Position numbers and translations under genes: made by a program. Positions 34,144-45,762 of a DNA stretch of 64,000 bases are shown here, piece after piece. This DNA comes from an uncultured Actinomycetota bacterium (GTDB taxonomy: Bacteria; Actinomycetota; Actinomycetes; CAVWCF01). The DNA lies in contig CAWFSE010000009.1 in assembly GCA_963818455.1 (NCBI GenBank), positions 107,325 through 171,324 on the forward strand, in the 5' to 3' direction. Below the pieces are notes generated by a model that ran no database searches, was not told the origin of the DNA, and was given only the letters and a program-made list of their open reading frames with translations. The stretch's first letter is position 1. The number at the start of each line of letters is the position of its first letter.

Positions 34144-34563
34144 GCGGGTCTGCCGGATTGGGCGAAATCGTGATCCGCTCCGTCACTCTGGGTGAGCGAA
34201 ATTGCCCTCGATCGAGCGGTAACGGGACGCACTGTGACGATCATCACGCCGCTTCGATTGGACATCGCTCCTCCGGCGCCCGTCACCCTCGAACTCGTAA
34301 GACCCCGCGCGCGGCGGCCGGTGCAGTCCGGCGCCGTCGGCCTCATCCCTTGAGTCCGCGGTTCGCGCGCCGCCTCCTGGGCGCCCTCATCGCGGCGCCC
34401 CGCTCACTGGCCGCGGCCCCATGGCGCCGCGGACCGAGCCGGCCCCATGTCGCCGGCGGCGAGAGGTCAGAGTCCCCCCGATTGCGTGCGGGGACCCGTG
34501 GTCGGGGTGACACAGCGCGTGCGCCTTGCGTGATCGGCGCGCGCCGCCAATGGAAGGAATTCC
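34144..34563 (+). promoter_or_regulatory. 420-nt lower-GC structured leader of the transglycosylase gene; candidate ydaO/yuaA-class (c-di-AMP) riboswitch element(s)
   Basis: 34276-34303 GCGCCCGUCACCCUCGAACUCGUAAGAC resembles the conserved GCCCGUCAGCUAACCUCGUAAGCG block. 34166 AAUCGUGAUCC resembles the 5' CGCU-AAUC block. 34488-34512 GCGGGGACCCGUGGUCGGGGUGAC resembles GCGGGGGACCCA..GGGGUGAAUC. The block order is not a clean single consensus. Confidence 0.35.
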
Positions 34564-35247
34564 ATGACCCGCATCAAGAACCGAAGCCTGCTCAGGACCG
34601 GCGCCGCCCTCGGCGTCGCCTCGGCCCTCGTGCTCACGGTCACGGCCCAGGCCGCGACCCCGCGCATCGAGACCGACTCTGGGTTGGCCTACACCGACCT
34701 CACCGCCCTCAAGGGCTACCAGTTGTCAGCGCACCAGCTCGCGGTCTGGACCGCCGAGCAGGAGCGCATCGCCGCCGAGCAGGCCGCCGCCGCCGAGGCG
34801 GCCCGGGTGGCCGCCGAGCAGGCCGCCGCCGAGGCGGCGCGGATCGCCGCCGAGAAGGCGGCCGCTGACAAGGCCGCCGCCGAGGCCGCCCGCAAGGCCG
34901 CCGCGGCACGTGCCTCGCGCGCCGCGGCGTCGCGACCCGCGGTCGCGCCGGGCAGCGCCCGTGCGATCGGCCAGCAGCTGGCCGCCGCCCGCGGGTGGAC
35001 CGGCGAGCAGTGGGGCTGCCTGGACATGCTGTGGAGCCGCGAGAGCGGATGGCGCACCAACGCCGGCAACGCCAGCGGCGCCTACGGCATCCCGCAGGCC
35101 CTCCCGGGCAGCAAGATGGCCTCGGCCGGCGCCGATTGGCGCGACAGCGCCGCCACCCAGATCACCTGGGGGCTGAACTACATCGGCGGCCGCTACGGCT
35201 CGCCGTGCGGCGCCTGGCAGCACTTCCAGGCCAGGCACTGGTACTGA
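34564..35247 (+). CDS. secreted lytic-transglycosylase-like cell-wall hydrolase with Ala-rich coiled linker
   Basis: Intact 227 aa; signal peptide ...VTAQA/ATP; C-terminal domain [40 protein letters not shown]...[23 protein letters not shown]; GGAAGGA RBS. Confidence 0.85.
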   Translation: MTRIKNRSLLRTGAALGVASALVLTVTAQAATPRIETDSGLAYTDLTALKGYQLSAHQLAVWTAEQERIAAEQAAAAEAARVAAEQAAAEAARIAAEKAAADKAAAEAARKAAAARASRAAASRPAVAPGSARAIGQQLAAARGWTGEQWGCLDMLWSRESGWRTNAGNASGAYGIPQALPGSKMASAGADWRDSAATQITWGLNYIGGRYGSPCGAWQHFQARHWY

Positions 35248-35260
35248 GCCAGCCCGCTCA

Positions 35261-35297
35261 GCGAACGCCCGCCCCGTGATTCGGGGCGGGCGTTCGC
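35261..35297 (+). terminator. strong hairpin terminator (no U-tail) after the transglycosylase gene
   Basis: Perfect 16-bp stem: GCGAACGCCCGCCCCG (35261-35276), 5-nt loop, CGGGGCGGGCGTTCGC (35282-35297). Confidence 0.7.
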
Positions 35298-35330
35298 GCG
35301 TCCGCCCCGGTCGTCCGGCAGGCTGGGGCC

Positions 35331-36118
35331 GTGCTTCCGGCCATCACCTTCCTCGGCCACGCGACCGTGCTCGTCGACCTCGGCGGCTTCCGCGTGCTCA
35401 CCGACCCCGTGCTGCTGCCCCGCGTGGTCTTCCTGCGACGGGTGGCCGAGCGGCACGACCCAGCCGACCACGACCGCGTCGACCTCGTGCTGATCAGCCA
35501 CCTGCACCACGACCACTGCGACCTGCCCTCGCTGCGCCACCTGGGCCCGGCGCCGACGTACGTCGTGCCCGCCGGCGCTGGGGAGTGGTTGCGCGCCAAG
35601 GGTTTTCCGCGGGTGGTGGAGCTGGGCGCGGGCGCCTCGCATCGCGAGGATGCAGGCGGCGACCCGGTCACCGTGACCGCGGTGACCGCCATCCACGACG
35701 GCCGCCGCCCGGGCAGCAAGCTGCGGGCGGAGGCCGTCGGCTACCTGATCGAGCGCGGCCCCGCGAGCGTCTACTTCGCCGGGGACACCGGGCTCTTCGA
35801 CGGGATGGGCGACCTCCCGTCGCTGGCGGCCACCGGCGAGATCGACGTCGCGCTGCTCCCGGTGTGGGGCTGGGGGCCGAATCTCGGCCCGGGCCACCTG
35901 CACCCGCACGACGCGGCCGAGGCCGTGCGGCGGATCCGACCCCGGTACGCGGTGCCCGTCCATTGGGGCACGCTCTACCCGGTCGGGCATGGGGCGGTTC
36001 CGGCCCCACCTGATGCACCGGCCGCCGCACGACTTCGCCGAGGCCGTGGCGAGGTCCGCGGTCCGACACCCAGGTGCTCGTGGTTCAGCCCGGCCAGCGC
36101 GTGCCGTTCGAGCCGTAG
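35331..36118 (+). CDS. MBL-fold metallo-hydrolase, two frame breaks near the 3' end
   Basis: ORF 35331..36305: HLHHDH metal motif, FAGDTG, VPVHWGT; the tail ...RPPHDFAEAVARS...VLVVQPGQRVPFEP-stop is recovered in other frames. Confidence 0.8.
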
Positions 36119-36139
36119 GCCGAGGCCGGCCGGGGCTCC

Positions 36140-36342
36140 TCAGGCGCGGATGACGCTGAGCCCGGGCACCTCGTCAAGTCGCCGTCCTGGGTCACCAAGG
36201 GGATGCCCAAGGCGATCGCGGTGGCCGCGATCCAGGAGTCGTTCGAACGCAAGGTGCGTCCGAGGTCCTGCGGCGCAGCCCCACGATCGGCCTGGCTCGT
36301 CCTGAGGAGCTCCGCCACGCCCGTGACGCGGTGTCCACGCAA
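36140..36342 (-). pseudogene. C-terminal remnant of a PIN-domain (VapC-like) toxin
   Basis: [28 protein letters not shown](F) is the typical VapC C-terminal signature. There is no N-terminal acidic half and no upstream antitoxin, and it abuts the fumarase stop. One base is missing before the expected ...FDEVPGLSVIRA-stop. Confidence 0.5.
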
Positions 36343-36358
36343 GGTCGCGGGACCGGGG

Positions 36359-38078
<1,720 letters not shown>

Positions 38079-38121
38079 GGCCCCAGCGTACGGCGGCCGA
38101 CGCGCGACCCCGCGCGACGGC

Positions 38122-38928
38122 TCAGCCGATCAACCGCTTGCGCAGGGTGCGGACCGCCAGCCACCCGCAGAGCCCGGCGAATCCGGTCAGGTAGAGCAGG
38201 TGGAACAGGTCGGCGAGCGGCTCCCAGCCGAAGACGGCGTTTCGGACCAGCTCGACGCAGTGGTAGAGCGGGTTGAGCTGGGCCAGGGTCTGCGCCCACT
38301 GCGGCAGCCCGGTGATCGGGAAGAACGTGCCCGCGACCAGGAACAGCGGGGTGATCACGGCCGAGGTGATGTAGCTGAACGAGTTGATGCTGGACACGAT
38401 GCCGCTCATCCACTGGCCCATGAACGCGAAGCCGAGCCCGCTGAGGAAGGCGATGAACGGCACGGCGAGCATCCCCCACGACGGGGGCAGGCCGAAGGCC
38501 ATCGCGACGAGCAGCGGGAAGCACCCGTACACGCCGGTCTTGGCGGCGATCCAGAGCGCCTCGGCCACCACCAGCTCGGGCACGTCGACCGGCGCGGCGA
38601 GCATCGCGTCGTACGACTTCTGGAAGACCCGGCGGACGAAGGTGGTGAACATCCCGGCGAACACCGACGAGAAGATCACGGCCGTCGCCACCGAGCCGGT
38701 GCCGATGAACTCGAGGTACGAGTAGCCGCCGACCGTGCTGATCAGGGCCCCGATGCCGAAGCCGAAGGCCAGCAGGTAGATCGTCGGCTCGACGACGGCC
38801 GAGAAGGTCGACGAGATCCACAGCCGGCGGAAGATCGCGACCTCGCGGGTCCAGACGCCGATGAAGGCGGCCGGCTCGAAGCGGGCCGGGCGGCGTGCGG
38901 CAGGGGCGGCGGCGGTGACGGCGGCCAT
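38122..38928 (-). CDS. ABC-2-type transporter permease
   Basis: ATG at complement 38926-38928 in ORF 38122..39312; 268 aa, six TM segments; start overlaps the ATPase stop (ATGA). Confidence 0.85.
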   Translation of the reverse strand: MAAVTAAAPAARRPARFEPAAFIGVWTREVAIFRRLWISSTFSAVVEPTIYLLAFGFGIGALISTVGGYSYLEFIGTGSVATAVIFSSVFAGMFTTFVRRVFQKSYDAMLAAPVDVPELVVAEALWIAAKTGVYGCFPLLVAMAFGLPPSWGMLAVPFIAFLSGLGFAFMGQWMSGIVSSINSFSYITSAVITPLFLVAGTFFPITGLPQWAQTLAQLNPLYHCVELVRNAVFGWEPLADLFHLLYLTGFAGLCGWLAVRTLRKRLIG

Positions 38929-39860
38929 CAGTCCAGGACCTCTCCGGTGAGCAGCACGAACACGTCCTCCAGGTTGGCCGCGCGCTCCACGTGGTCGCCG
39001 AGCGCGGCGGCGACGTCGGCGGGCATCTGCTCGGCGCGCAGGACGGACACGCTGGGGCCGGTCCGGCGGGTCGGCAGGCCCGCGGCCTGCGCGATGGCCT
39101 CGTACTCGGCGAGCCGGGCCGGGGTGCCGTAGTACTCGCGGGCCTGGCGGCCGGCGTGCTGGGTGAGCAGCGCCTCGGGGGAGCCCTGGGCGATCACCCG
39201 GCCCCGGCTCACCACGGCCACGTCGTCGGCCAGCCGCTCGGCCTCCTCGATGTAGTGCGTCGACATCAGCACGGTGACCCCGTCGGCACGCAGTCCGTCG
39301 ATGAGGGCCCACAGGTCGCCGCGCACCTGCGGGTCCAGCCCCACCGTGGGCTCGTCCAGCAGCACCAGGCTGGGGGAGTGCACGAGCCCGCGGGCGATCA
39401 GCAGCCGCCGCCGCATGCCGCCCGACAGCGCGGTCACCTGCGCGTCGGCGCGGTCCTGCAGCTGGGCCAGGGCCAGGGCCCGGTCCACCGCGGCCCGACG
39501 CCCCCGCCGGGGGACCCGGTAGAGGGTGGCGAAGACCTCGAGGTTCTCCCGCGCGGTGAGCTCCTCGTCGAGGTTGTCCTGCTGCGGCACGACGCCCATC
39601 AGGGCGCGGGCCTGCTTGCTGCGCTCCGGGATCGGCAGCCCGAGCACCTCGATCCGCCCGCTGTCGGCGAGCGCCTGGCCGGTGATCATCCGCATCGTGG
39701 TGGACTTGCCGGCGCCGTTGGGCCCGAGCAGGCCCAGGCAGATCCCGGCGGGGACCTCCAGGTCGAGGCCGTCGACCGCGGTCAGCGCGCCGAACCGCTT
39801 GACGACGCCCTCAAGCAGCAGGGCGGGTCCGCCGGGCGCCGGCATCGCGGGATCAGGCAT
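38928..39860 (-). CDS. ABC transporter ATP-binding protein (DrrA/NodI-like)
   Basis: Intact 310 aa; Walker A GPNGAGKST, signature LSGGMRRR, Walker B LVLLDEPT, H-loop STHY. Confidence 0.9.
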   Translation of the reverse strand: MPDPAMPAPGGPALLLEGVVKRFGALTAVDGLDLEVPAGICLGLLGPNGAGKSTTMRMITGQALADSGRIEVLGLPIPERSKQARALMGVVPQQDNLDEELTARENLEVFATLYRVPRRGRRAAVDRALALAQLQDRADAQVTALSGGMRRRLLIARGLVHSPSLVLLDEPTVGLDPQVRGDLWALIDGLRADGVTVLMSTHYIEEAERLADDVAVVSRGRVIAQGSPEALLTQHAGRQAREYYGTPARLAEYEAIAQAAGLPTRRTGPSVSVLRAEQMPADVAAALGDHVERAANLEDVFVLLTGEVLD

Positions 39861-39884
39861 CCCGCCACCGTACGTCCGAAGGCG

Positions 39885-40898
39885 TCAGACCGCGTGCTCG
39901 AAGTCGATCGCCGAGTAGACGCCCAGCTTGGTGAGCTGGTGCTCGCTGGCGATGAGGCGCATGGTGCCCGAGCGGGACCGCATCACGAGGGAGTGGGTCG
40001 TGGCGCCGCCGCCCTTGTAGCGGACGCCTCGGAGCATCTCGCCGTCGGTGATCCCCGTCGCGACGAAGAAGACGTCGTCGCCGCTGACGAGCTCGTCGGT
40101 GCTGAGCACCCGGTCGAGGTCGTGCCCGGCGTCGATGGCCTTGGCCCGCTCGGCGTCGTCCGTGGGCCACAGCTTGGCCTGGATGACGCCGCCCATCGTC
40201 TTGATCGCGCAGGCGGTGATGATGCCCTCGGGGGTGCCGCCGATGCCGAGCAGCAGGTCGATGCCGGTGCCCTCGCGGGCCGCCATGATCGCGCCGGCGA
40301 CGTCGCCGTCGGAGATGAACTTGATCCGGGCGCCCGCCTCGCGGATCTCGCGGACGATCCCCTCGTGGCGGGGGCGGTCGAGGATGCAGACGGTGACGTC
40401 CTCGGCGTCCTCGCTCTTGGCCTTGGCCACCCGGCGGATGTTCTCCGCGACGGGGGCGGTGATGTCGACGACGTCGGCGGCCTCCGGCCCGGTGACGAGC
40501 TTCTCCATGTAGAAGACAGCCGAGGGGTCGAACATCGAGCCGCGGGGGGCGACCGCCATGACGGCCAGCGCGTTGCTCATCCCCTTGGCGCACAGCGTGG
40601 TGCCGTCGATCGGGTCGACGGCGACGTCGACCTCCGGGCCGTTGCCCGAGCCGACGCGCTCGCCGTTGTAGAGCATCGGGGCGTCGTCCTTCTCGCCCTC
40701 GCCGATGACGACGATCCCGTTCATGTCGACGGTGCCGATCAGGGCGCGCATGGCGTTGACCGCGGCGCCGTCGGCGCCGTTCTTGTCCCCGCGGCCCACC
40801 CAGCGGCCGGCCGCCATCGCGGCGGCCTCGGTCAGCCGGACGAGCTCCATGGCCAGGTTGCGGTCGGGGGTGCCGACTTCGGGCGCGGTGGAGGACAC
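39885..40898 (-). CDS. glpX: class II fructose-1,6-bisphosphatase
   Basis: Intact 337 aa; [18 protein letters not shown] and FVATGITDG motifs typical of GlpX. Confidence 0.95.
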   Translation of the reverse strand: MSSTAPEVGTPDRNLAMELVRLTEAAAMAAGRWVGRGDKNGADGAAVNAMRALIGTVDMNGIVVIGEGEKDDAPMLYNGERVGSGNGPEVDVAVDPIDGTTLCAKGMSNALAVMAVAPRGSMFDPSAVFYMEKLVTGPEAADVVDITAPVAENIRRVAKAKSEDAEDVTVCILDRPRHEGIVREIREAGARIKFISDGDVAGAIMAAREGTGIDLLLGIGGTPEGIITACAIKTMGGVIQAKLWPTDDAERAKAIDAGHDLDRVLSTDELVSGDDVFFVATGITDGEMLRGVRYKGGGATTHSLVMRSRSGTMRLIASEHQLTKLGVYSAIDFEHAV

Positions 40899-40978
40899 GA
40901 TCGGCCACCCTCTCGTCGTGTGATGTTGTGCGGATCGTATCGAGGGGCGCGCCAGGCCCGACGTGGCACCCTGGCCCG

Positions 40979-42148
40979 ATGACCGAGACCGGACCCCACG
41001 GCGACCTGCTCGCCAGGCGCGATGAGTTCCCGATCCTCGCGACCTCGACCTACCTGGTGAACAACTCCCTGGGCGCCATGCACCGCGACAGCGCGACCGA
41101 GCTGGCCCGGTACGCGGCCGAGTGGGCCGAGCACGGCGTCGTCGCCTGGGGCCACTGGATCGCGGAGATGGCCCGGATCGGCGACCAGGTGGCCGCGATC
41201 ATCGGGGCCCCCGCCGGCTCGGTGCTGCTCAAGCAGAACGTCACCGACCTGGTCTCGGCGATCGCGTCCGCTCTGGACTTCGGCGGGTCCCGCAACCGGG
41301 TGGTGATGAGCGACCTGGAGTGGCCGTCCTCGGGCTACCTGTGGCACGAGCACCAGCGCTTCGGCGCCGAGCTCGTCGTGGTGCCGAGCGCTGGCGACGG
41401 CGTGCACCTCGACGTGCAGCGGATCGTCGAGGCCATCGACGAGCGGACGCTGATCGTGCCGATCAGCCTCGTGATGTTCCGCTCGTCGACCCTGGTCGAC
41501 GTGCGGCCGGTGATCGAGCGCGCGCACGAGGTGGGCGCGCTGGTGCTGCTGGACGCGTACCAGGCCGCGGGCGCGCTCCCGGTGGACGTGGAGGCGCTGG
41601 GCGCCGACATCTGCGTGGGCGGATCGGTGAAGTACCTCTGCGGCGGCCCGGGCGCCGGCTGGCTGTACATGCGGCCGGAGGTGGCCGAGCGCCTGCGCCC
41701 GGCGGCCGTGGGGTGGTTCGGGCACGCGCGGCCGTTCGGCTTCGAGTTCGGCCCCATCGAGTACGCCGAGGGGATCGCCCGGTTCACCGGCGGCACCCAC
41801 AACGTGCCGTCCGCGTACGCGGCCTCGGCCGGCTACCAGGCGGTGCTCGACGCCGGCGTGGAGCGGATCAGGGAGCGGTCGCAGTGGCTGACCCAGCGGC
41901 TGCTGGAGTCCGCGCTGCAGCGGGGGTGGGCGGTGCGGTCGCCGCTCGATCCGGCGCAGCGCGGCGGGCACGTGACGATCGACCCTGGACGGTCGAGCGA
42001 GGTCCACGACGCCCTGGTCGCCCGCCGGATCGTGGTGGACCACCGGCCGGGGGCGGGCATCCGGGTGGGGCCGCACTTCTTCACGACCGCCGAGGAGATC
42101 GACCGGGTCGTCGACGCGATCGCGGAGGCTCGCGCGGCGCTGGGCTAG
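40979..42148 (+). CDS. kynureninase-family / class V aminotransferase-fold PLP enzyme
   Basis: In-frame ATG 40979 in ORF 40928..42148; PLP-lysine context [17 protein letters not shown] resembles the kynureninase SYKYLNGGPG. Confidence 0.7.
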   Translation: MTETGPHGDLLARRDEFPILATSTYLVNNSLGAMHRDSATELARYAAEWAEHGVVAWGHWIAEMARIGDQVAAIIGAPAGSVLLKQNVTDLVSAIASALDFGGSRNRVVMSDLEWPSSGYLWHEHQRFGAELVVVPSAGDGVHLDVQRIVEAIDERTLIVPISLVMFRSSTLVDVRPVIERAHEVGALVLLDAYQAAGALPVDVEALGADICVGGSVKYLCGGPGAGWLYMRPEVAERLRPAAVGWFGHARPFGFEFGPIEYAEGIARFTGGTHNVPSAYAASAGYQAVLDAGVERIRERSQWLTQRLLESALQRGWAVRSPLDPAQRGGHVTIDPGRSSEVHDALVARRIVVDHRPGAGIRVGPHFFTTAEEIDRVVDAIAEARAALG

Positions 42149-42169
42149 CTCCCCTGGGAGGATGCGGGG

Positions 42170-42694
42170 GTGGCGAAGCGACTGCGCGGGTTCGAGACCC
42201 TCGGGGACATGGTCCGCTCACTCGGACTGGTCCTGGTCGTCGTCGCAGTCATCCTGCTTCTCATCTGGCGGCCGAAGCCGGACGAGGTGAAGCCGGTCGA
42301 CCCAGGCCCGTCCTTGGCGCAGGCGCGGCAGTCTGCGCCGTACGAGGTGTACGCCCCCGAGCCGGCGCCTCGCGGCTGGGTGCCGACGGTGGCGCGCTAC
42401 GACCCGGCGCCGCCTGCCAACACGTGGACGCTGGGCTTCGTGACCACCAGCGACGAGTACGCCGCGGTGGCCCAGACCGACGCCGACCCGGAGGCGCTGC
42501 TCGACGAGGTGGCGCCGGACGCCGCCCAGGCGGGCGAGTCCACGGTCAACGGCCAGACGTACCAGCGCTGGGAGGCCCCCGGGCAGTCCCGCCGGGCGCT
42601 GGCCGCGGCGGTCACCGGCTCGACGTTGGTGGTCGGCGGCACCGCCGACTGGGCCGAGCTCGAGCGGCTGGCCGCGTCACTGCGGGCCGGCTGA
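42170..42694 (+). CDS. DUF4245-like membrane-anchored protein
   Basis: Intact 174 aa; N-terminal [16 protein letters not shown] then a conserved actinobacterial domain; the name is by pattern and position next to glpX/xse genes. Confidence 0.6.
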   Translation: MAKRLRGFETLGDMVRSLGLVLVVVAVILLLIWRPKPDEVKPVDPGPSLAQARQSAPYEVYAPEPAPRGWVPTVARYDPAPPANTWTLGFVTTSDEYAAVAQTDADPEALLDEVAPDAAQAGESTVNGQTYQRWEAPGQSRRALAAAVTGSTLVVGGTADWAELERLAASLRAG

Positions 42695-42934
42695 GCCCTC
42701 CGCGGGCGACTCCGCGGCGCCCTCCGACTGGCGGGCGGCCCGCGCGGCCTCAAGGCGGGCCTTGGCGCCGTCCAGCCACTCCTCGCAGACCGAGGCGAGG
42801 TGCTCGCCGCGCTCCCACAGCCGCAGCGACTCCTCCAGCGTCACCCCGCCGGCCTCCAGCTGGCGGACGACCTCGGTGAGCTCGTCGCGGGCCTGCTCGT
42901 AGCCGGGGGTCTCGTCGGGCGGCGTCTTCGGCAC
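42677..42934 (-). CDS. xseB: exodeoxyribonuclease VII small subunit
   Basis: Intact 85 aa; [35 protein letters not shown]. Confidence 0.9.
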   Translation of the reverse strand: MPKTPPDETPGYEQARDELTEVVRQLEAGGVTLEESLRLWERGEHLASVCEEWLDGAKARLEAARAARQSEGAAESPAEGSAGPQ

Positions 42935-42943
42935 GCGGGCAGC

Positions 42944-44227
42944 CTATGCGCGGCCGCCGGGAGCGGCCGCGTCGCCGGCCCCGCCGACTGCCCCGCCGAT
43001 TGCCCCGCCGATTGCCCCGCCGATTGCCATGGCCGCCAACTCGCCGCCGGCCAGCCGCACCCGGAGGGCCTCGCCCGGCGGGGCCTCGGCCGGGTCGCGC
43101 ACCACGGCGCCGTCGGAGCGGCGCTGCACCACGGCGTACCCGCGGTCGAGGGTGGCCTGCGGCGACAGCGAGCGGACCCGCGCACGGGTGTGCCCCACGT
43201 CGGCGATCGCGTGCGCCACCTGCCCGGCGGCGGCCCGCCAGGACCGCTCGGCCAGCGCGCGAACGAAGTCGCGACGCTCGGCGAGCCCGGCCTCCGGGTC
43301 GGCGAGGGAGGGCCGCGACCGCATCGACCGCAGCCAGGCGTGCTCGGCGGCCAGCCGGCCGTCGACCGCGGCATGCAGCCGCCGCCGGGCGTGGGTGATC
43401 CGGTCGCGCTCCTCGCGCTCGTCGGGGACGAGCCGGCGGGCGGCGTCCGTCGGGGTGGACGCGCGCACGTCGGCGACCAGGTCCAGCAGCGGGGAGTCCT
43501 GCTCGTGGCCGATGGCGCTCACCAGCGGCGTACGGCAGGCGGCTGCCGCCCGGACCAGCCCCTCATCGGAGAACGGGAGCAGGTCTTCGACCGAGCCGCC
43601 GCCTCGCGCCACCACGATCACGTCGACCTGGGGGTCGGCATCCAGCCGGCCGATCGCGTCCGTGACCTCGGTGACGGCGTACGCGCCCTGCGTGGCGACG
43701 CTCTCGACGCGGAACTCCACGGCCGGCCAGCGCCGCCGGGCGTTCTCCAGGACGTCCCGCTCGGCGGCCGAGCCGCGCCCGGAGATGAGCCCGATCACGC
43801 GTGGCAGGAACGGCAACGGGCGCTTGCGCTCGGCCGCGAAGAGGCCCTCGGCGGCCAGCACGGCCTTGACCCGCTCGATGCGGGCGAGCAGCTCCCCGAC
43901 CCCGAGGTGGCGGATCTCGCCGGCGGCCAGCGCCAGGGAGGTGCGCCCGACGTACACCTCCGGCTTGGCGCGTACGACGACGCGGGCGCCCTCGACGAGC
44001 GGCGGCTGCACGGCGTCCAGCACCCGGCGCGGGCAGGTGACCGAGACGCTGACGTTCGCCGAGGGGTCCCTCAGGGTGAGGAAGGACAAGCCCTGGCCGG
44101 GGCGGCGGGTCAGCTCGGCGACCTGGCCCTCGACCCACACCTCGCCCAGCCGCGCGACCCAGCCTGCGATGAGCTGCGAGGCCTGGCGGACCGGGATCGG
44201 CTGCTCGGCCGAGGTCTGCAGCGCCAT
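42944..44227 (-). CDS. xseA: exodeoxyribonuclease VII large subunit
   Basis: ATG at complement 44225-44227 in ORF 42944..44917; 427 aa; OB-fold N-terminus, VIGLISGRGSAAERD, VARGGGSVEDL, GHEQD. Confidence 0.9.
   Translation of the reverse strand: MALQTSAEQPIPVRQASQLIAGWVARLGEVWVEGQVAELTRRPGQGLSFLTLRDPSANVSVSVTCPRRVLDAVQPPLVEGARVVVRAKPEVYVGRTSLALAAGEIRHLGVGELLARIERVKAVLAAEGLFAAERKRPLPFLPRVIGLISGRGSAAERDVLENARRRWPAVEFRVESVATQGAYAVTEVTDAIGRLDADPQVDVIVVARGGGSVEDLLPFSDEGLVRAAAACRTPLVSAIGHEQDSPLLDLVADVRASTPTDAARRLVPDEREERDRITHARRRLHAAVDGRLAAEHAWLRSMRSRPSLADPEAGLAERRDFVRALAERSWRAAAGQVAHAIADVGHTRARVRSLSPQATLDRGYAVVQRRSDGAVVRDPAEAPPGEALRVRLAGGELAAMAIGGAIGGAIGGAVGGAGDAAAPGGRA
42979..43026 (-). repeat. 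4 x 12-bp tandem microsatellite in the 3' end of xseA
   Basis: CCCCGCCGA(C/T)TG x4 on the + strand, encoding AIGGAIGGAIGGAVGG in the XseA tail. Confidence 0.9.
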
Positions 44228-44263
44228 GGGGCGCAGCCTAGGCCGCCCGCTTAGCATGGTGGG

Positions 44264-45287
44264 GTGAGCGACCTCCCGACCGACCCGACCGACGTGACCG
44301 CCCCCCGCTCGACGGCTGCCGAAGCGCCGGAGACCGTCAAGCGCGTGCTGCTGGCGGCTCCACGCGGCTACTGCGCAGGCGTGGACCGCGCGGTGGTGAC
44401 CGTCGAGAAGGCGTTGGAGCTCTATGGCGCCCCCGTCTACGTGCGCAAGCAGATCGTGCACAACAAGCATGTGGTCGAGACCCTTGAGGCGAGGGGTGCG
44501 GTCTTCGTCGAGGAGACCGAGGAGGTGCCGGAGGGCAGCATCGTGGTGTTCTCGGCCCACGGGGTGGCGCCCTCGGTGCACGAGGAGGCCGCGGCCCGCC
44601 GGCTGAAGACGATCGACGCCACCTGCCCGCTGGTGACCAAGGTCCACCAAGAGGCCAAGCGGTTCGCCGCCGAGGGCTACGACATCCTGCTCATCGGGCA
44701 CGAGGGGCACGAGGAGGTCGTCGGCACGACGGGGGAGGCCCCCGGCGCGATCCAGGTCGTCGACGGCGAGGAGGACGTCGCCCGCGTCGAGGTCCGCGAC
44801 CCGGCCAAGGTGGCCTGGCTGTCGCAGACCACGCTGTCGGTGGACGAGACCCTGCACGACCATCGGCCACATCAAGGAGCGCTTCCCGCTGCTCATCGAT
44901 CCGCCGAGCGATGACATCTGCTACGCGACCCAGAACCGCCAGGTCGCGGTCAAGGAGATCGCGCTGCAGTGCGACCTGGTCATCGTGGTGGGCTCGCGCA
45001 ACTCGTCGAACTCCGTGCGCCTGGTCGAGGTGGCCCTCGAGTCGGGGGCCCGGGCGGCCCACCTGGTCGACGCCGCCAGCGAGATCGACGAGTCCTGGCT
45101 GGAGGGCGTCCAGACCGTGGGGCTGACGAGCGGCGCATCCGTGCCCGAGGTGCTGGTCGACGGCGTGCTCGGCTGGCTCGCCGAGCGGGGCTACGACACG
45201 GTCTCCGAGGTGCAGTCCGCGGAGGAGAGCCTGCTGTTCGCGCTGCCGCCAGAGCTGCGTCGCGACCTCAAGGCCGCCCGCGTCTGA
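44264..45287 (+). CDS. ispH: 4-hydroxy-3-methylbut-2-enyl diphosphate reductase, one frame break near 44860
   Basis: ORF 44264..44914 ([33 protein letters not shown]); C-terminus in ORF 44985..45287 (VGSRNSSNS). Length is 3n+1. Confidence 0.9.
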
Positions 45288-45308
45288 GGGCTGCCGGCCA
45301 GGCTCCGG

Positions 45309-45725
45309 TCAGCGGTGGCGGATCTGCCGCAGGACGACGATGAGCAGGGCGGCGCCGGTGCCGACCCACAGCAGCGGGGCCTTCTCGGCGAGCGCCGTGC
45401 CGACGTCGAGGGCCTTGCCGGTCAACGACCCCTCACTGGGGCCGACCAGGCTGGTGATGAGCAACGTGGCGACGAAGACCAACGGCGCGTTGATCACGGC
45501 GACCCAGCGGTCGGCGTAGCGGGCCTGGGCGGCGGTGTACATCGACACCAGGATGAAGACCACGCCGAAGATCCAGGAGACCCCGTCGCCGAGGAAGGTG
45601 TCGATCAGCCCGGCCACCAGGCAGGCCCCGAGGGACACCACGACGATGCCGCCCGCGGTGAGCCCCACCGGCCCAGAGGCGGCTCGGGCGACCCGCGCAG
45701 ACGGCGGGGGGGCGGGCTCGGTCAC
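45309..45725 (-). CDS. conserved actinobacterial membrane protein (position equivalent to Rv1111c)
   Basis: Intact 138 aa with four hydrophobic segments. Confidence 0.6.
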   Translation of the reverse strand: MTEPAPPPSARVARAASGPVGLTAGGIVVVSLGACLVAGLIDTFLGDGVSWIFGVVFILVSMYTAAQARYADRWVAVINAPLVFVATLLITSLVGPSEGSLTGKALDVGTALAEKAPLLWVGTGAALLIVVLRQIRHR

Positions 45726-45762
45726 CCGCGAATCGTACGCAGATGGCCCCCAGCCCGTTCGC

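Noticed and set aside
34488-34563. Calling the proximal GCGGGGACCC...GGGGUGA block a complete riboswitch by itself
   Set aside because: Only the 5'-half-like motifs are present there. The expected ACCCGA...CCGUCAGCUAACCUCGUAAGCG 3' half is not found downstream before the start codon, so it is reported only as part of the leader-wide lead.
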